A stretch of 45,988 bases of DNA from contig JANWXL010000271.1 of NCBI GenBank assembly GCA_025055265.1, positions 1 through 45,988 of the forward strand, written 5' to 3'. The stretch comes from Roseiflexus sp. (lineage in GTDB: Bacteria; Chloroflexota; Chloroflexia; Chloroflexales; Roseiflexaceae). The position numbers and the translations under genes were made by a program. How positions within the stretch are numbered: the stretch's first letter is position 1; each line of letters opens with the position of its first letter. This document shows positions 7,497 through 17,300 of this stretch, piece by piece. The notes beneath the pieces are model-generated. The model made no database searches. It saw only the letters and a list, made by a program, of their open reading frames with translations, and was not told where the DNA came from.

Positions 7497-7867
7497 GCGG
7501 CGGTGCGCCCGGTGACATCGTAGGGGCGCGGCGGCGTGCCGGACGCCACCGTAGGGACGCGGCGGCGGTGCGCCCGGTGACATCGTAGGGGCGCGGCGGT
7601 GCGCCCGGTGACATCGTAGGGGCGCGGCGGCGTGCCGGATGCCATCGTAGGGACGCGGCGGCGTGCCGGATGCCATCGTAGGGGCGCGGCGCCGCTGCGC
7701 CCGACGCCACCGGAGGGGCGCGGCGGCGTGCCGGATGCCATCGTAGGGGCGCGGCGGCGCCGCGCCCGTCGCCCCGGTTGGGGGGGGGCGGGGTGGGGGT
7801 GGCCTTGGTTGGGCGGGGGGGGGGGTGTGCCGGGTGACTTCGTTGGGGCGCGGCGCCGCCGCGCCCG
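7497..7867 (+). repeat. Tandem array of 31/34-bp GTAG-type REP-like units
   Basis: CGTAGGG(G/A)CGCGGCG... units with GTAG at 7520, 7551, 7585, 7616, 7647, 7678 and 7743, and a GGAG variant at 7712. The 3' part degrades into G-runs. Confidence 0.85.
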
Positions 7868-7892
7868 CAGCGGAGACGTTGCACTGATAATT

Positions 7893-8798
7893 ATGCCATT
7901 ATTACACCAAATCACCCCCTATACCGCCTATGTTCCAGGCGCCAATAATCTTGGCGTCATCCTGACAGGCGACGGCGGCGCGATTGCGGTTGATACCGGT
8001 CTCGACAAAGATACCGGGCGCATGGTGCGGCGTGCGCTCGAGGAGGCGGGTCTTCGGTTGTGCGCGATCATCAGCACGCATCACCACGCCGACCATATCG
8101 GCGGCAATGACTATCTCGTGCGCAACCTTCCCGGTGTGGCTGTCTATGCGTCACGGCTCGAAGCGCCCTTCATCGAAAACCCGCTTCTCGAACCGGTTTA
8201 CCTGGCGCTCGGCGCCAGTCCGCCAGCCGCGCTCCGCACCAAATGGCTGATGGCAAAGGGTGTGCCGGTTCATCAGATCATCGACGGCGATACGCTGGAA
8301 ATCGCCGGGGTGACGCTGGAAATTGCGGACCTGCCAGGGCATAGTTTGGGACAGATCGGCGTGGCATTCGACGGCGTGTGCTTTGCAGCGGACGGCTTTT
8401 TTGGACCCGAGGTGCTGGCGAAGCATGGTATCCCGTATGCCCACGATGTTGCCGCGCAGATCGCGTCGCTCGAACGTCTGGCAATGCGAGACGAACGGTT
8501 TTTCCTGCCTGGTCATGGCACATTGACGCCGCGCAGCGATCTGAACGCAACGATCCAGGCAAACCGGCACGCAATTGAGCGTGCCTCGCGTGCTGTGCGT
8601 GACGCGCTCGCCGAACCCGGCGATATCCTGACTATTGCGCGTCGAGTTCAGCAGGCACTGGGACTGACGATCGCCGGATTGCCGCAGTACGCCATTTTTG
8701 TCTCGGCAGTCGCGGCGCATCTCAGCTATCTTGAGGCGCAGGGTGGTGCAACGCTGGTCATGACCAGCGAAGGCGCAGTGTGGCGTGGCGGGTCATGA
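7893..8798 (+). CDS. MBL-fold metallo-hydrolase
   Basis: VDTG, THHHADHIGG, PGHS, AADG and LPGHG motifs. Start set to ATG 7893 because the upstream in-frame part is repeat DNA. Confidence 0.9.
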   Translation: MPLLHQITPYTAYVPGANNLGVILTGDGGAIAVDTGLDKDTGRMVRRALEEAGLRLCAIISTHHHADHIGGNDYLVRNLPGVAVYASRLEAPFIENPLLEPVYLALGASPPAALRTKWLMAKGVPVHQIIDGDTLEIAGVTLEIADLPGHSLGQIGVAFDGVCFAADGFFGPEVLAKHGIPYAHDVAAQIASLERLAMRDERFFLPGHGTLTPRSDLNATIQANRHAIERASRAVRDALAEPGDILTIARRVQQALGLTIAGLPQYAIFVSAVAAHLSYLEAQGGATLVMTSEGAVWRGGS

Positions 8799-9910
8799 AC
8801 GACGATGACATACTCGAAGTCGAGACAGTTCCAGAGACGACCAGCGACGTTCGCAATGCCTTGCTGATCCCCGGCTGGTTGCTGCGCATCGCGTCGGCGA
8901 TGGCAGGCGTACTGATCTTTGTGCTGGCGCTCGACCTGCTCAAAGAAGGGGCGCGCGACTATGGGCGGGCGATGGTTGCGTTTTTCAACGTCACCAGTCC
9001 GGTCAGCGCACTCGGCTTTGGCTGGCTGCTGGCGTATATGTTTCTCAGCGGCTCGCCAGTGGCGGCGATTGCGGTGACCTTCTTTGCTGCAGGCACCCTG
9101 GACGCGCTGCAAACGTTTACCATGATAACAGGGTCACGTCTGGGCGCTTCGCTGATCGTGCTGGGGGTCGGGTTTCTGTATTACTTGCGCGGGCATCGAC
9201 GCGCTGCAAGTGTTGCCATTGGCGTGCAGGCGCTGATCACGACCGCTGCAATCTACCTGCCGGCAATGGCGCTCGGCGTCTGGGCGTTGACGTCGGGGCT
9301 GGTGCAGACGGTTTATGCCGAAGCGGATGCGCCGCTGCAATCGGTGTTCGACTGGTTGTATGAACCAGTTCTGACAGCAATCGATGCGCTTGGCGTTCCG
9401 GGATGGGCGCAGTTTGGCGCAGGCGTCGCGGCGCTGCTGATGGCGTTCGCCCTGCTCGACCGCGCGCTGCCGCAGGTGGATCCAGAGTCGAATGCGTTCA
9501 GTCGCATTGGGCGAGTGGTGTATCGTCCTATGGTCATGTTTGCGCTCGGTATGGCTGTGACCTCAGTGACGATGTCGGTGTCGGTCTCGCTCTCAATCCT
9601 GGTGCCGCTGTCGGTGCGCGGTCTGGTGCGACGCGAGAATACGCTGCCCTACATCATGGGGGCGAACATTACGACATTCATCGATACGCTGGTTGCCGCG
9701 CTGATCGTCGGCGGCGCGGCAGCGTTCACCATCGTGCTGGTGGAAATGGTCAGCGTAGCGCTTCTGTCACTCGTCGTGCTATTGTTTTTCTACCATGCAT
9801 TTCAACGGTCGATCTTGCGGTTGCAGGATGCTATTGTGCGCAACCGCAAGACCCTGGCGGTCTTTCTGGTGGTGATGTTCGTTGTGCCCGTTGTTTTGCT
9901 CGCCTTCTAA
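8795..9910 (+). CDS. Na/Pi-cotransporter-family-like membrane protein
   Basis: About 9-10 TM; repeated motifs ITGSRLGAS and IMGANITT resemble the GANIGT motif. ATGA overlap with the MBL gene. Confidence 0.7.
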   Translation: MNDDDILEVETVPETTSDVRNALLIPGWLLRIASAMAGVLIFVLALDLLKEGARDYGRAMVAFFNVTSPVSALGFGWLLAYMFLSGSPVAAIAVTFFAAGTLDALQTFTMITGSRLGASLIVLGVGFLYYLRGHRRAASVAIGVQALITTAAIYLPAMALGVWALTSGLVQTVYAEADAPLQSVFDWLYEPVLTAIDALGVPGWAQFGAGVAALLMAFALLDRALPQVDPESNAFSRIGRVVYRPMVMFALGMAVTSVTMSVSVSLSILVPLSVRGLVRRENTLPYIMGANITTFIDTLVAALIVGGAAAFTIVLVEMVSVALLSLVVLLFFYHAFQRSILRLQDAIVRNRKTLAVFLVVMFVVPVVLLAF

Positions 9911-10728
9911 TGATGAATGTGCTGATCTACGCCGGTCCAGGTCCCTGGCGCAACGAAGCGCTCGCTACCGCTGCTCAGTTCGTCGGTCAGGTTGCTGCGT
10001 CGGTGACGCTGGTGACGGGTGGCGGCATCCGCAACGTGGAACTGCTTGATGATGCCGTTGTGCGCCTGGGTCTTCCGCCAGATGTGGAGGTCAGGCGCCG
10101 CGTGGTGGAAGGCGCGCCCCAGGAAGCAATCCTGACAGTCGCCAGCGAAGCGATCTACGATCTCGTGATCTTTGGGCGGTTTCAGCGTCCGTTGGAACGT
10201 CTGCTGCCCATCCGACGCAGCGATGCGCTGACGCGCCGGTTGCGCACGGCGGTGTTACGGGTCAGTGGACCAGTGCGCCCTATCCGGCGCATTCTGCTGG
10301 CCAGCGGCGGCGACCAGCATACGTTTGCCACTGCCGGGTATGCGGCGCTGCTGGCAACGCCGCTGGGAGCGTCTGTCACCCTGTTGCACGTGGTCTCACA
10401 GCAACCAGTGGTGTTCGAGGGACTGGCGCCGCCGGCTGCCGACGAAGCGACCTTCCTGGCAGGTGAAACGCCGGAAGCGGACACGCTCCGCCAGGCTGCC
10501 GCCTGGCTGCGTGAACGCGGTATCATGGTCGCCGTTCGGGTGCGCTTTGGTCTGGTGCTGGACGAAATTCTGGCGGAGCTGGATGAAGGGGACTATGATA
10601 TTCTGGCAGTTGGCACCCACCACGCCGCCGGTCCCCTCGATCGCGTGCTGCTCGAAGATTTGACCGGCGATCTGCTGGATCGCTGCCCGCGCACGGTGCT
10701 GGTTGCCCGGCGCATCCCTCACGATTAG
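9910..10728 (+). CDS. Universal stress protein (tandem USP domains)
   Basis: TAATG overlap. YDLVIFG, IRRILLASGG, VTLLHV, YDILAVG and CPRTVLVAR are USP motifs. Confidence 0.85.
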   Translation: MMNVLIYAGPGPWRNEALATAAQFVGQVAASVTLVTGGGIRNVELLDDAVVRLGLPPDVEVRRRVVEGAPQEAILTVASEAIYDLVIFGRFQRPLERLLPIRRSDALTRRLRTAVLRVSGPVRPIRRILLASGGDQHTFATAGYAALLATPLGASVTLLHVVSQQPVVFEGLAPPAADEATFLAGETPEADTLRQAAAWLRERGIMVAVRVRFGLVLDEILAELDEGDYDILAVGTHHAAGPLDRVLLEDLTGDLLDRCPRTVLVARRIPHD

Positions 10729-10745
10729 ATGTTGCAATTGTTGTT

Positions 10746-11675
10746 ATGAAAAGTTTCAGCGACTTCCAGCGACGATTGCAGGCAGGGCAGATCGTCGTCA
10801 CCGGCGAGATTGCGCCGCCGCGCGGCGCATCCCGCGCTGCTGTCGAACGGTTAGCGCTCGGTCTACGCGATGCAGTCGATGCCATCAATCTGACGGATAA
10901 TCAGCGCGGATTGGGGCGCATGTCGGCGCTTGGCGCCGGTATTATCGTCCGTCAACTGGGGCTGGAGCCGATTGTCCAGATGACATGCCAGCATCGCAAC
11001 CGGATCGCGTTGCAGGCGGATGTGTTGAGCGGCGCGGCATGCGGCATCACCAATTTCCTGGCAATGACTGGCGACCACCCGAAGATTGGTGATCATCCCG
11101 ATGCCAAGAATGTGCTGGACCTCAACTCGTTCCAGTTGCTCAAGATGCTGCGCACCATGCGCGATGAGGGAAAGTTTCAATCGGGCGTCGCGTTGACCGA
11201 ACCGCCCCGTTTTTTCCTCGGCGGCGTCGCTAATCCGAATATCGAGCGCGTCGCCCGTCTTGAACGTAAAATTCAGTTTGGCGCTGAGTTCATTCAGACG
11301 CAGATCCTGTTCGATCTTGATCGCTTCCGGCAGTGGATGGCGGATGCACGCGCAGCCGGGTTGCATCAGCAGGCGTACATTCTTGCGGGCGTCATTGTGG
11401 TCAAATCGGCGCAGTCGGCGCGCTTCCTCCGTGACCACCTTCCCGGATCGCGCGTGCCCGAATGGGTCATCGAGCGGATGGAGCGTGCCGATAATCCTGA
11501 AGAGGAGGGCATAACCATCGCTGCAGAACTTGTTCAGGAATTGCTCGGTATCGAAGGAGTGCGCGGCGTGCACATTATGTCGGTCGGATGGACCAAAGCT
11601 ATTCCCCAGGTTGTGGAACGCGCCGGATTGCTGCCACGCCCGCCATTGCCGCCAAACGATCCTGACCAGGAATGA
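10746..11675 (+). CDS. metF: Methylenetetrahydrofolate reductase
   Basis: EIAPP, DAINLTDN, TCQHRN, MTGDHP, GAEFIQTQ, GVHIM. Confidence 0.9.
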   Translation: MKSFSDFQRRLQAGQIVVTGEIAPPRGASRAAVERLALGLRDAVDAINLTDNQRGLGRMSALGAGIIVRQLGLEPIVQMTCQHRNRIALQADVLSGAACGITNFLAMTGDHPKIGDHPDAKNVLDLNSFQLLKMLRTMRDEGKFQSGVALTEPPRFFLGGVANPNIERVARLERKIQFGAEFIQTQILFDLDRFRQWMADARAAGLHQQAYILAGVIVVKSAQSARFLRDHLPGSRVPEWVIERMERADNPEEEGITIAAELVQELLGIEGVRGVHIMSVGWTKAIPQVVERAGLLPRPPLPPNDPDQE

Positions 11676-13093
11676 ATGCGCCTATGATTGTGATGAAATT
11701 CGGTGCAGCGGCGGTGAGCGATGCCAGCCGGATCAATGATCTGGTGCGCATCGTTCGCCATGCTATCGATGAAGGTCAGGCGCTGATTGTCGTCTGTACC
11801 GCCATGCCCGAGGTGACAAACCTGCTGATTGGCGCTGCGCGCGCCGCAGCGCGCGGCCATCTGGCTAACGCCGAGCAGGCGCGCCGTGAACTGTGGCAGC
11901 GCCATCGCGCCCTTGCTGAACGCCTCGTTACTGACGATTGGGAACGTGAGACGCTCTATCACTCCTGGGCAGACCTGCTCAAGTCGTTCGACCGAATCGT
12001 GCGCGCGCTTGCGACGCTGGGCGAACATTCGCCGCGGAGCAGCGATGCGGTTGCCGCTATTGGCGAACGCTTCATTGGTCTGCTGCTGGCGGTGGCGCTG
12101 CGACGCGCAGGCGTTGCAGCGCAGTTGATCGACGGCGCTGAGTTGATCGTCACCGATGAACATTTTGGCAATGCCCGCCCGTTGCCGGACGAAACCGCCA
12201 CCCGCGCGCGCACACGTCTCCTGCCGCTGATTCAGTCGCGCATTGTCCCGGTAGTGACCGGCTATATCGGCGCTACCCGTCAGAACATTACCACCACCCT
12301 GGGGCGCGGCGGCGGCGACTACTCGGCGACCCTGATTGCGGCGGCAATCAATGCCGATGAAGTGGTGATCTGGACTGATGTGGCAGGCATTCTGACAGCG
12401 GATCCGAAGATTGTGCCCGAAGCGCGCACCCTGCCGGAATTGTCGTACATCGAAGCAGCTGAGATCGCCACGCTTGGCGCCGAAGTGCTTCACCCGCGCA
12501 CTCTTACTCCCCTCGCCCATCGCAACATTCCGCTGCACATCCGCAGCCTGGCGCAACCTGATGCGCCAGGCACGCGCGTGGTCGCCGAGCCGCGCGTGTT
12601 GTCTGATACGGCGCGGACCATCATCTCAGCCCCCTCAATCAGCCTTATCGAGATCAACATGAGCCCCCTGGCGGCGGCGGAGCTTGGATGGGCGCCGGAG
12701 CTGGCGATGCGGGTGCTCGCCGAACTGACAAACTGCGGGATTGAAGTTTTGACCTTTGCCCAAAGTTTCAGTGAACGAAGCCTGCTCCTGGCAGTGCGCA
12801 TGTCCGACGTTGAGTACGCATATGAGCGTATTGAAACATGCCTGCTGCCGGAGCGGGAAAACCAGGCGCTCCGCACGCTCAGCCTGCGTTCGCCGGTGGC
12901 GCTGGTAGCAGTACTTAGCGCGCCAGGGAGCGCAAATCTGGCGCCACGCGCACTGGCAGCACTGGCGCGGGTGCCGGCCACGGTGCTGGCAATGGTTCAT
13001 GGCAACGCCTCGCATCACCTCTCCTTCATTGTTCCGGAAGAAGAGATGCAGAGCGTTGTACGCGCGCTGCACCGCGAATTGATGATGGGGTAG
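11672..13093 (+). CDS. Aspartate kinase family protein with C-terminal ACT-like domains
   Basis: [44 protein letters not shown]. Several active-site motifs are atypical. Confidence 0.85.
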   Translation: MNAPMIVMKFGAAAVSDASRINDLVRIVRHAIDEGQALIVVCTAMPEVTNLLIGAARAAARGHLANAEQARRELWQRHRALAERLVTDDWERETLYHSWADLLKSFDRIVRALATLGEHSPRSSDAVAAIGERFIGLLLAVALRRAGVAAQLIDGAELIVTDEHFGNARPLPDETATRARTRLLPLIQSRIVPVVTGYIGATRQNITTTLGRGGGDYSATLIAAAINADEVVIWTDVAGILTADPKIVPEARTLPELSYIEAAEIATLGAEVLHPRTLTPLAHRNIPLHIRSLAQPDAPGTRVVAEPRVLSDTARTIISAPSISLIEINMSPLAAAELGWAPELAMRVLAELTNCGIEVLTFAQSFSERSLLLAVRMSDVEYAYERIETCLLPERENQALRTLSLRSPVALVAVLSAPGSANLAPRALAALARVPATVLAMVHGNASHHLSFIVPEEEMQSVVRALHRELMMG

Positions 13094-13182
13094 GGCTTAT
13101 TTGCTGCTTTTGCCCTCATCCCCCGCACTTTCCATAGCCCGCAGTTGGTGAAGATCAAGAAAACAGCCCGGTATTCCTGGAC

Positions 13183-13263
13183 GCTGCGGGCTGAAGCCCT
13201 GGCTGAGATCGTGAAAGCCCCTCCGGGGCTTCCACTTCCTGAGCGAGGGCTTTAGCCCGCAGC
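13183..13263. repeat. Palindromic REP/MITE-like element
   Basis: GCTGCGGGCTGAAGCCCTGGCT ... AGCGAGGGCTTTAGCCCGCAGC inverted repeat, with an inner hairpin AAGCCCC-tcc-GGGGCTT. Confidence 0.7.
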
Positions 13264-13508
13264 TCAGAGGATGCGCGACCTGGCGGCACAGGCATGCCGG
13301 ATTTCTTAGTCCTCATCAACCGCCGGGCGAGTCGGCGCATAGCGGAATATTTCTTAAGAACCATCAGTCGCCGGGCGCAAAGCTCACAGGGCGCGCGATC
13401 TGGACGACACAGGCTTACGGATGTATTTCATAATGTCCGTCATTCGCCGGGCGAGTGGCGCATAGCGGAACATGGACCGTAGGTCCATCGGTCCGGATGC
13501 CGATCTTC

Positions 13509-14216
13509 CTATCCGTCATCGTTATCGTCGCGTGCGGTGCGCACGGGCGCCCCGGCAACGACCAGCACATATTCGCCCTGTATCCGCGCCGACGCCAGGT
13601 AGGTGAGCAGGTGCGAGAGCGTTCCGCGTTCGACGTGCTCAAATTTCTTTGTCAGATCATTCGCCAGGGCGGCCGGTCGGTCGCCGTAGACCGCCAGCGC
13701 GTCCTGCACGAGAGCAATGATGCGGTACGGGCTCTCATAAAAGATGAGAGTATGGGGCGAGTCGCGGTCGATCTCGAGAAAGCGTCGGCGCGGACCGGGT
13801 TTGCGCGGCGGAAAGCCGCGAAACGTGAAGCTGTGGAGCGGCAGTCCGGAAAGGACGAGCGCCATGATCAGCGCCGCCGGACCGGGGATCATCGTGACAT
13901 CGATGCCTTCGGCGATGGCGCTGCGCACCAGGGTGAACCCCGGATCAGCAATGCCAGGAGTGCCGGCGTCGCTGATCAGCGCCACTGCCTTTCCCTGGCG
14001 CAGCAGTCCCATCAGGCGTTCGCCAGCCTCGCGTTCGTTGTGTTCGTGAAATGCAACTAAAGGTTTTCGAATGTCGTAGTGTTGAAGTAGAATACTGCTT
14101 TTGCGCGTATCTTCGCACGCAATCACATCAACTGAGCGCAGTGTTTCCAGCGCTCGCAACGATATATCGCTCAGGTTGCCGATTGGGGTGGCGACAATGT
14201 ACAACATCAGCTCCAT
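13509..14216 (-). CDS. rsmI: 16S rRNA (cytidine1402-2'-O)-methyltransferase
   Basis: [42 protein letters not shown]. Confidence 0.95.
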   Translation of the reverse strand: MELMLYIVATPIGNLSDISLRALETLRSVDVIACEDTRKSSILLQHYDIRKPLVAFHEHNEREAGERLMGLLRQGKAVALISDAGTPGIADPGFTLVRSAIAEGIDVTMIPGPAALIMALVLSGLPLHSFTFRGFPPRKPGPRRRFLEIDRDSPHTLIFYESPYRIIALVQDALAVYGDRPAALANDLTKKFEHVERGTLSHLLTYLASARIQGEYVLVVAGAPVRTARDDNDDG

Positions 14217-14394
14217 TGTACTCGACGATTGCCCGTCGTGTCGAATGCTGCACGTTTAGTGACGCACATATGACCGCGTTGTAACTGTATTCCTGTGTTA
14301 CAATGCAATGCTGTCGGGATCGAGCATCCTCTCAGCATCGTTTATGAACCATCAGGCGCGCGCCACAACGGCGCCTATCGCCCCGTGGTGAACT

Positions 14395-17300
14395 ATGGCG
14401 GCAGTTGCTGCATTTCGTGCGGCAGACAACGAAACAATCTCCAGACGCGCTCTTCTGTGCAGTCTGGTGAATACAGCGCCGTGGTCTGTCATTCTGATCG
14501 ATTCTTCGGGCGTGATCGCTGCGATCAGCCCATCAGCGCGTCGTCTCCTCAATGTCGAGGCGGGGGCGCCTGCATTTGCCATTCTGCCAAACAGCGTGGA
14601 TGAATTGACGCGGGCGCGCTTTCACCAAACGCTTGCCTGCGCACACGATCAGACGCCTGGCGCTCCGTGCCTCTTTCAGCAGCTTGAACCTTCACCCGTT
14701 GAAATCGAAGCATTGCCAATCTCTTTCGACGACGCGGGCTGGGTGTCGGTCACGTTGTATGAACCATCGCGCCCGGCAGTGTTGCGCCAGTTGATGATCG
14801 CCTTGCAGCAGCGCCTGCATCAACTCTCTGACGCAGCATCGCTCCGCGAAGCGTGCGATCAGTTGAGTGCGTTCCTTCTTCCGGCGGGCGTCAGCCCTAC
14901 GGTAATCGTCCAGAGCAGCCCGGGATCGTCGTTCTCAGTGCAATACGCGCCGCCGCTGTTTGAGGCAATCGCTCCTGATGAGCGCACGCTGATGCTGGCG
15001 CTCCAGCGATCTTCGCCCCTGTCTATCAGCGCCATGGATTATAACGTCTCCAGCGGAATAGCGCACCTCCTGGGATCGCGCGGACAGGCGGCGTTTCTTC
15101 TGCCGGGAGGCGGGCAACGTCAATATGTGTTGCATCTGTGGGGCAGCAGCATATCGCCGGATGAGGAAGCGCAGGTCAGCGCCATCGCTGCACTGATTGC
15201 ATCCCTGCTGGCGCACGTTATCGATCGCGAGCGGACGGTGCAGCGCCAGCAGCGCCTCGATGCCCTGCTGGAGGCAGCCCAGGCGATCATCTCGCTCAGA
15301 ACGGTCGACGATGCACTGCGTGAAATCTGTCACCGATTGATGACCCTTGTCAATGCCGATCACGTCAGCGTCTATCTTCCCGCCAGCGACCCCAGCATAC
15401 TCGTTTGCATGATGGCCACCGGTGTTGCAGAACATCTCCGCGGCAGGACTCTGCCGCTGATCGGCAGTCTGATCGGACGCACCTTTCGCGAGGGTGCGAC
15501 CCTCTATTTTGACAATATCGAGGCGGAAACGGAGATGTACCGTCCGTTCTGGGAGGCGCATCGCTTGAAGGCAGCGCTGAATCAGCCGCTGCGCCATCAT
15601 GAGAGCGTCATCGGCGTTCTCAGCGCTGGCTGGTACCACGCACCCGAACTGGATGAGGATGATTACATGATCATGCGTCGCCTCGCCGAGTGTGCGACGG
15701 CGGTCGTGACGAATGCGCAGCTCCACCGTACGCTGATCCGATCCGAACAACACTCCCGCCTGTTGTTTGAGCAGACGGAGGAGCTGGTGTTCGGTCTGGC
15801 GCCTGACGGTAGTATACTGCATTGTAATCACTCCGCCACTATCCGGGTCGGCGCTGCTCCAGGCATCTCGTTCTTCAGTCTTGTGACCCCTGCTTACGAA
15901 GATGAGGTGCGGCGACACCTTCAGGAGATAAGCGCCCGTCAGCAACCGTCTCCTCCCTGGACCTTTGCGGTGCGCAGCATTGAGGGTCAGCCGCTTGTTC
16001 TTGAAACAACTGCTCAGGTGATCCGCCTCGGCTCGTCGGTGAGCGAGATCGACCTGATCTGTCGCGATGTCACTGCGCGGCACGCCGCTGAACGGGAGAT
16101 GCAACAATTGCACCTGGAGTTGACTACGCTCCTGCGCGTCAGTCAGGCGATCAATCGCTCGACTGATCTTGAACACGTTCTCCGGACAACGCTCACGATC
16201 ATCGTGCAGGCGATGAACCTTCACGCTGCAGCGATTATCCTGTACGACGCTGATGGTCATCTTCGGTTGCGGCATTGCCATAGCGCTTCGTCCGTGATTG
16301 AGAATTGTGATCAACCACTCACGCATATGTTTCGGGAAGAGCGCGAAGCGCTGGCGGGAGGGGTTTCGCGCACCGTCGATGTGAGGACCCTGCGCGCGCA
16401 AACGCCCGATCTGCCTGCGCTGCAACGCTTGCCGGACGATGCTGCGTATCTGGCGATCACCCCATTGCTCATCGATGACGCGGTCGTTGGTCTGCTCGAG
16501 TTCCTCGGCAAGCAGCGCCCATTCGAGATGCGCGATATGGAACTGGCGGAGGCGATTGCATCGCAACTGGCGCAGGCGATTCGTAACGCGCAGACCAACC
16601 AGGAGATGCGTGAGACGTCGCTGATGAACGCGCGCCTCTACCGCGAGGCGGAAGCAATGCGCGCGTATCTCGACGCCATCATCCAGAATGCGCCCGATGT
16701 GCTCATCGTCTGTCGGCCCGATATGTCGATGCAGCCGCTAAACCAGGAGCCGTTAACCGCCCTTGGGTATCAGCGTCACAAACTTGCCGGTCAATCGTTG
16801 TTGCGCATCGTCCCGCCCGACCACCGCGCGACGCTGACGCGCGCCTGGTTGCAGGTGCGTCAGGGCGAGTCGCAACGTTTCGAGATGGACCTGCTCCGCG
16901 CCGATGAGAGCCGTTTTACGGCGCTGGTTTCGTTCGATCTGATCCCGGATTACAATGAAGTGCTGGTCGTTATCAAGGATGTGACCGAACTGCGGCAACT
17001 GGAGGCGCAGGTGCGCCAGCACGAAAAACTGGCGGCGCTGGGCCGGCTGGTCGCTGGCGCTGCGCATGAGTTGAACAATCCGCTGGCGGTCATCCTCGGG
17101 CTTTCGCAACTGCAACTTGGCGAGGATATCCCGCCTTCAGTGCGCGCTGATCTCGAGCAGATCGAACGCGCTGCGCGGCGCGCCGCTGCGATTGTCCATC
17201 AGTTGCGCGCATTTGGGCAACCTCGCACGCTGGAACTCGCTCCCGTCGATCTCTCCCTGGTGATCAACGAAACATTGCAGCGCCTGGCGTCCAGGATCGC

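Noticed and set aside
7777-7845. Poly-G stretch as a G-quadruplex or biological feature
   Set aside because: It keeps the repeat's period but with bases replaced by G/T, which looks like low-quality base calls. Raw reads would be needed.
7497-7867. Possible CRISPR array
   Set aside because: Units are contiguous with no unique spacers, no cas genes are present, and the GTAG hairpin fits a REP.
7632-7892. N-terminal extension of the MBL hydrolase; likewise 9403-9909 for the USP and 25208-25393 for rpsB
   Set aside because: These are translations of repeat DNA, an overlapping gene or a UTR; downstream starts fit the domain boundaries and RBS.
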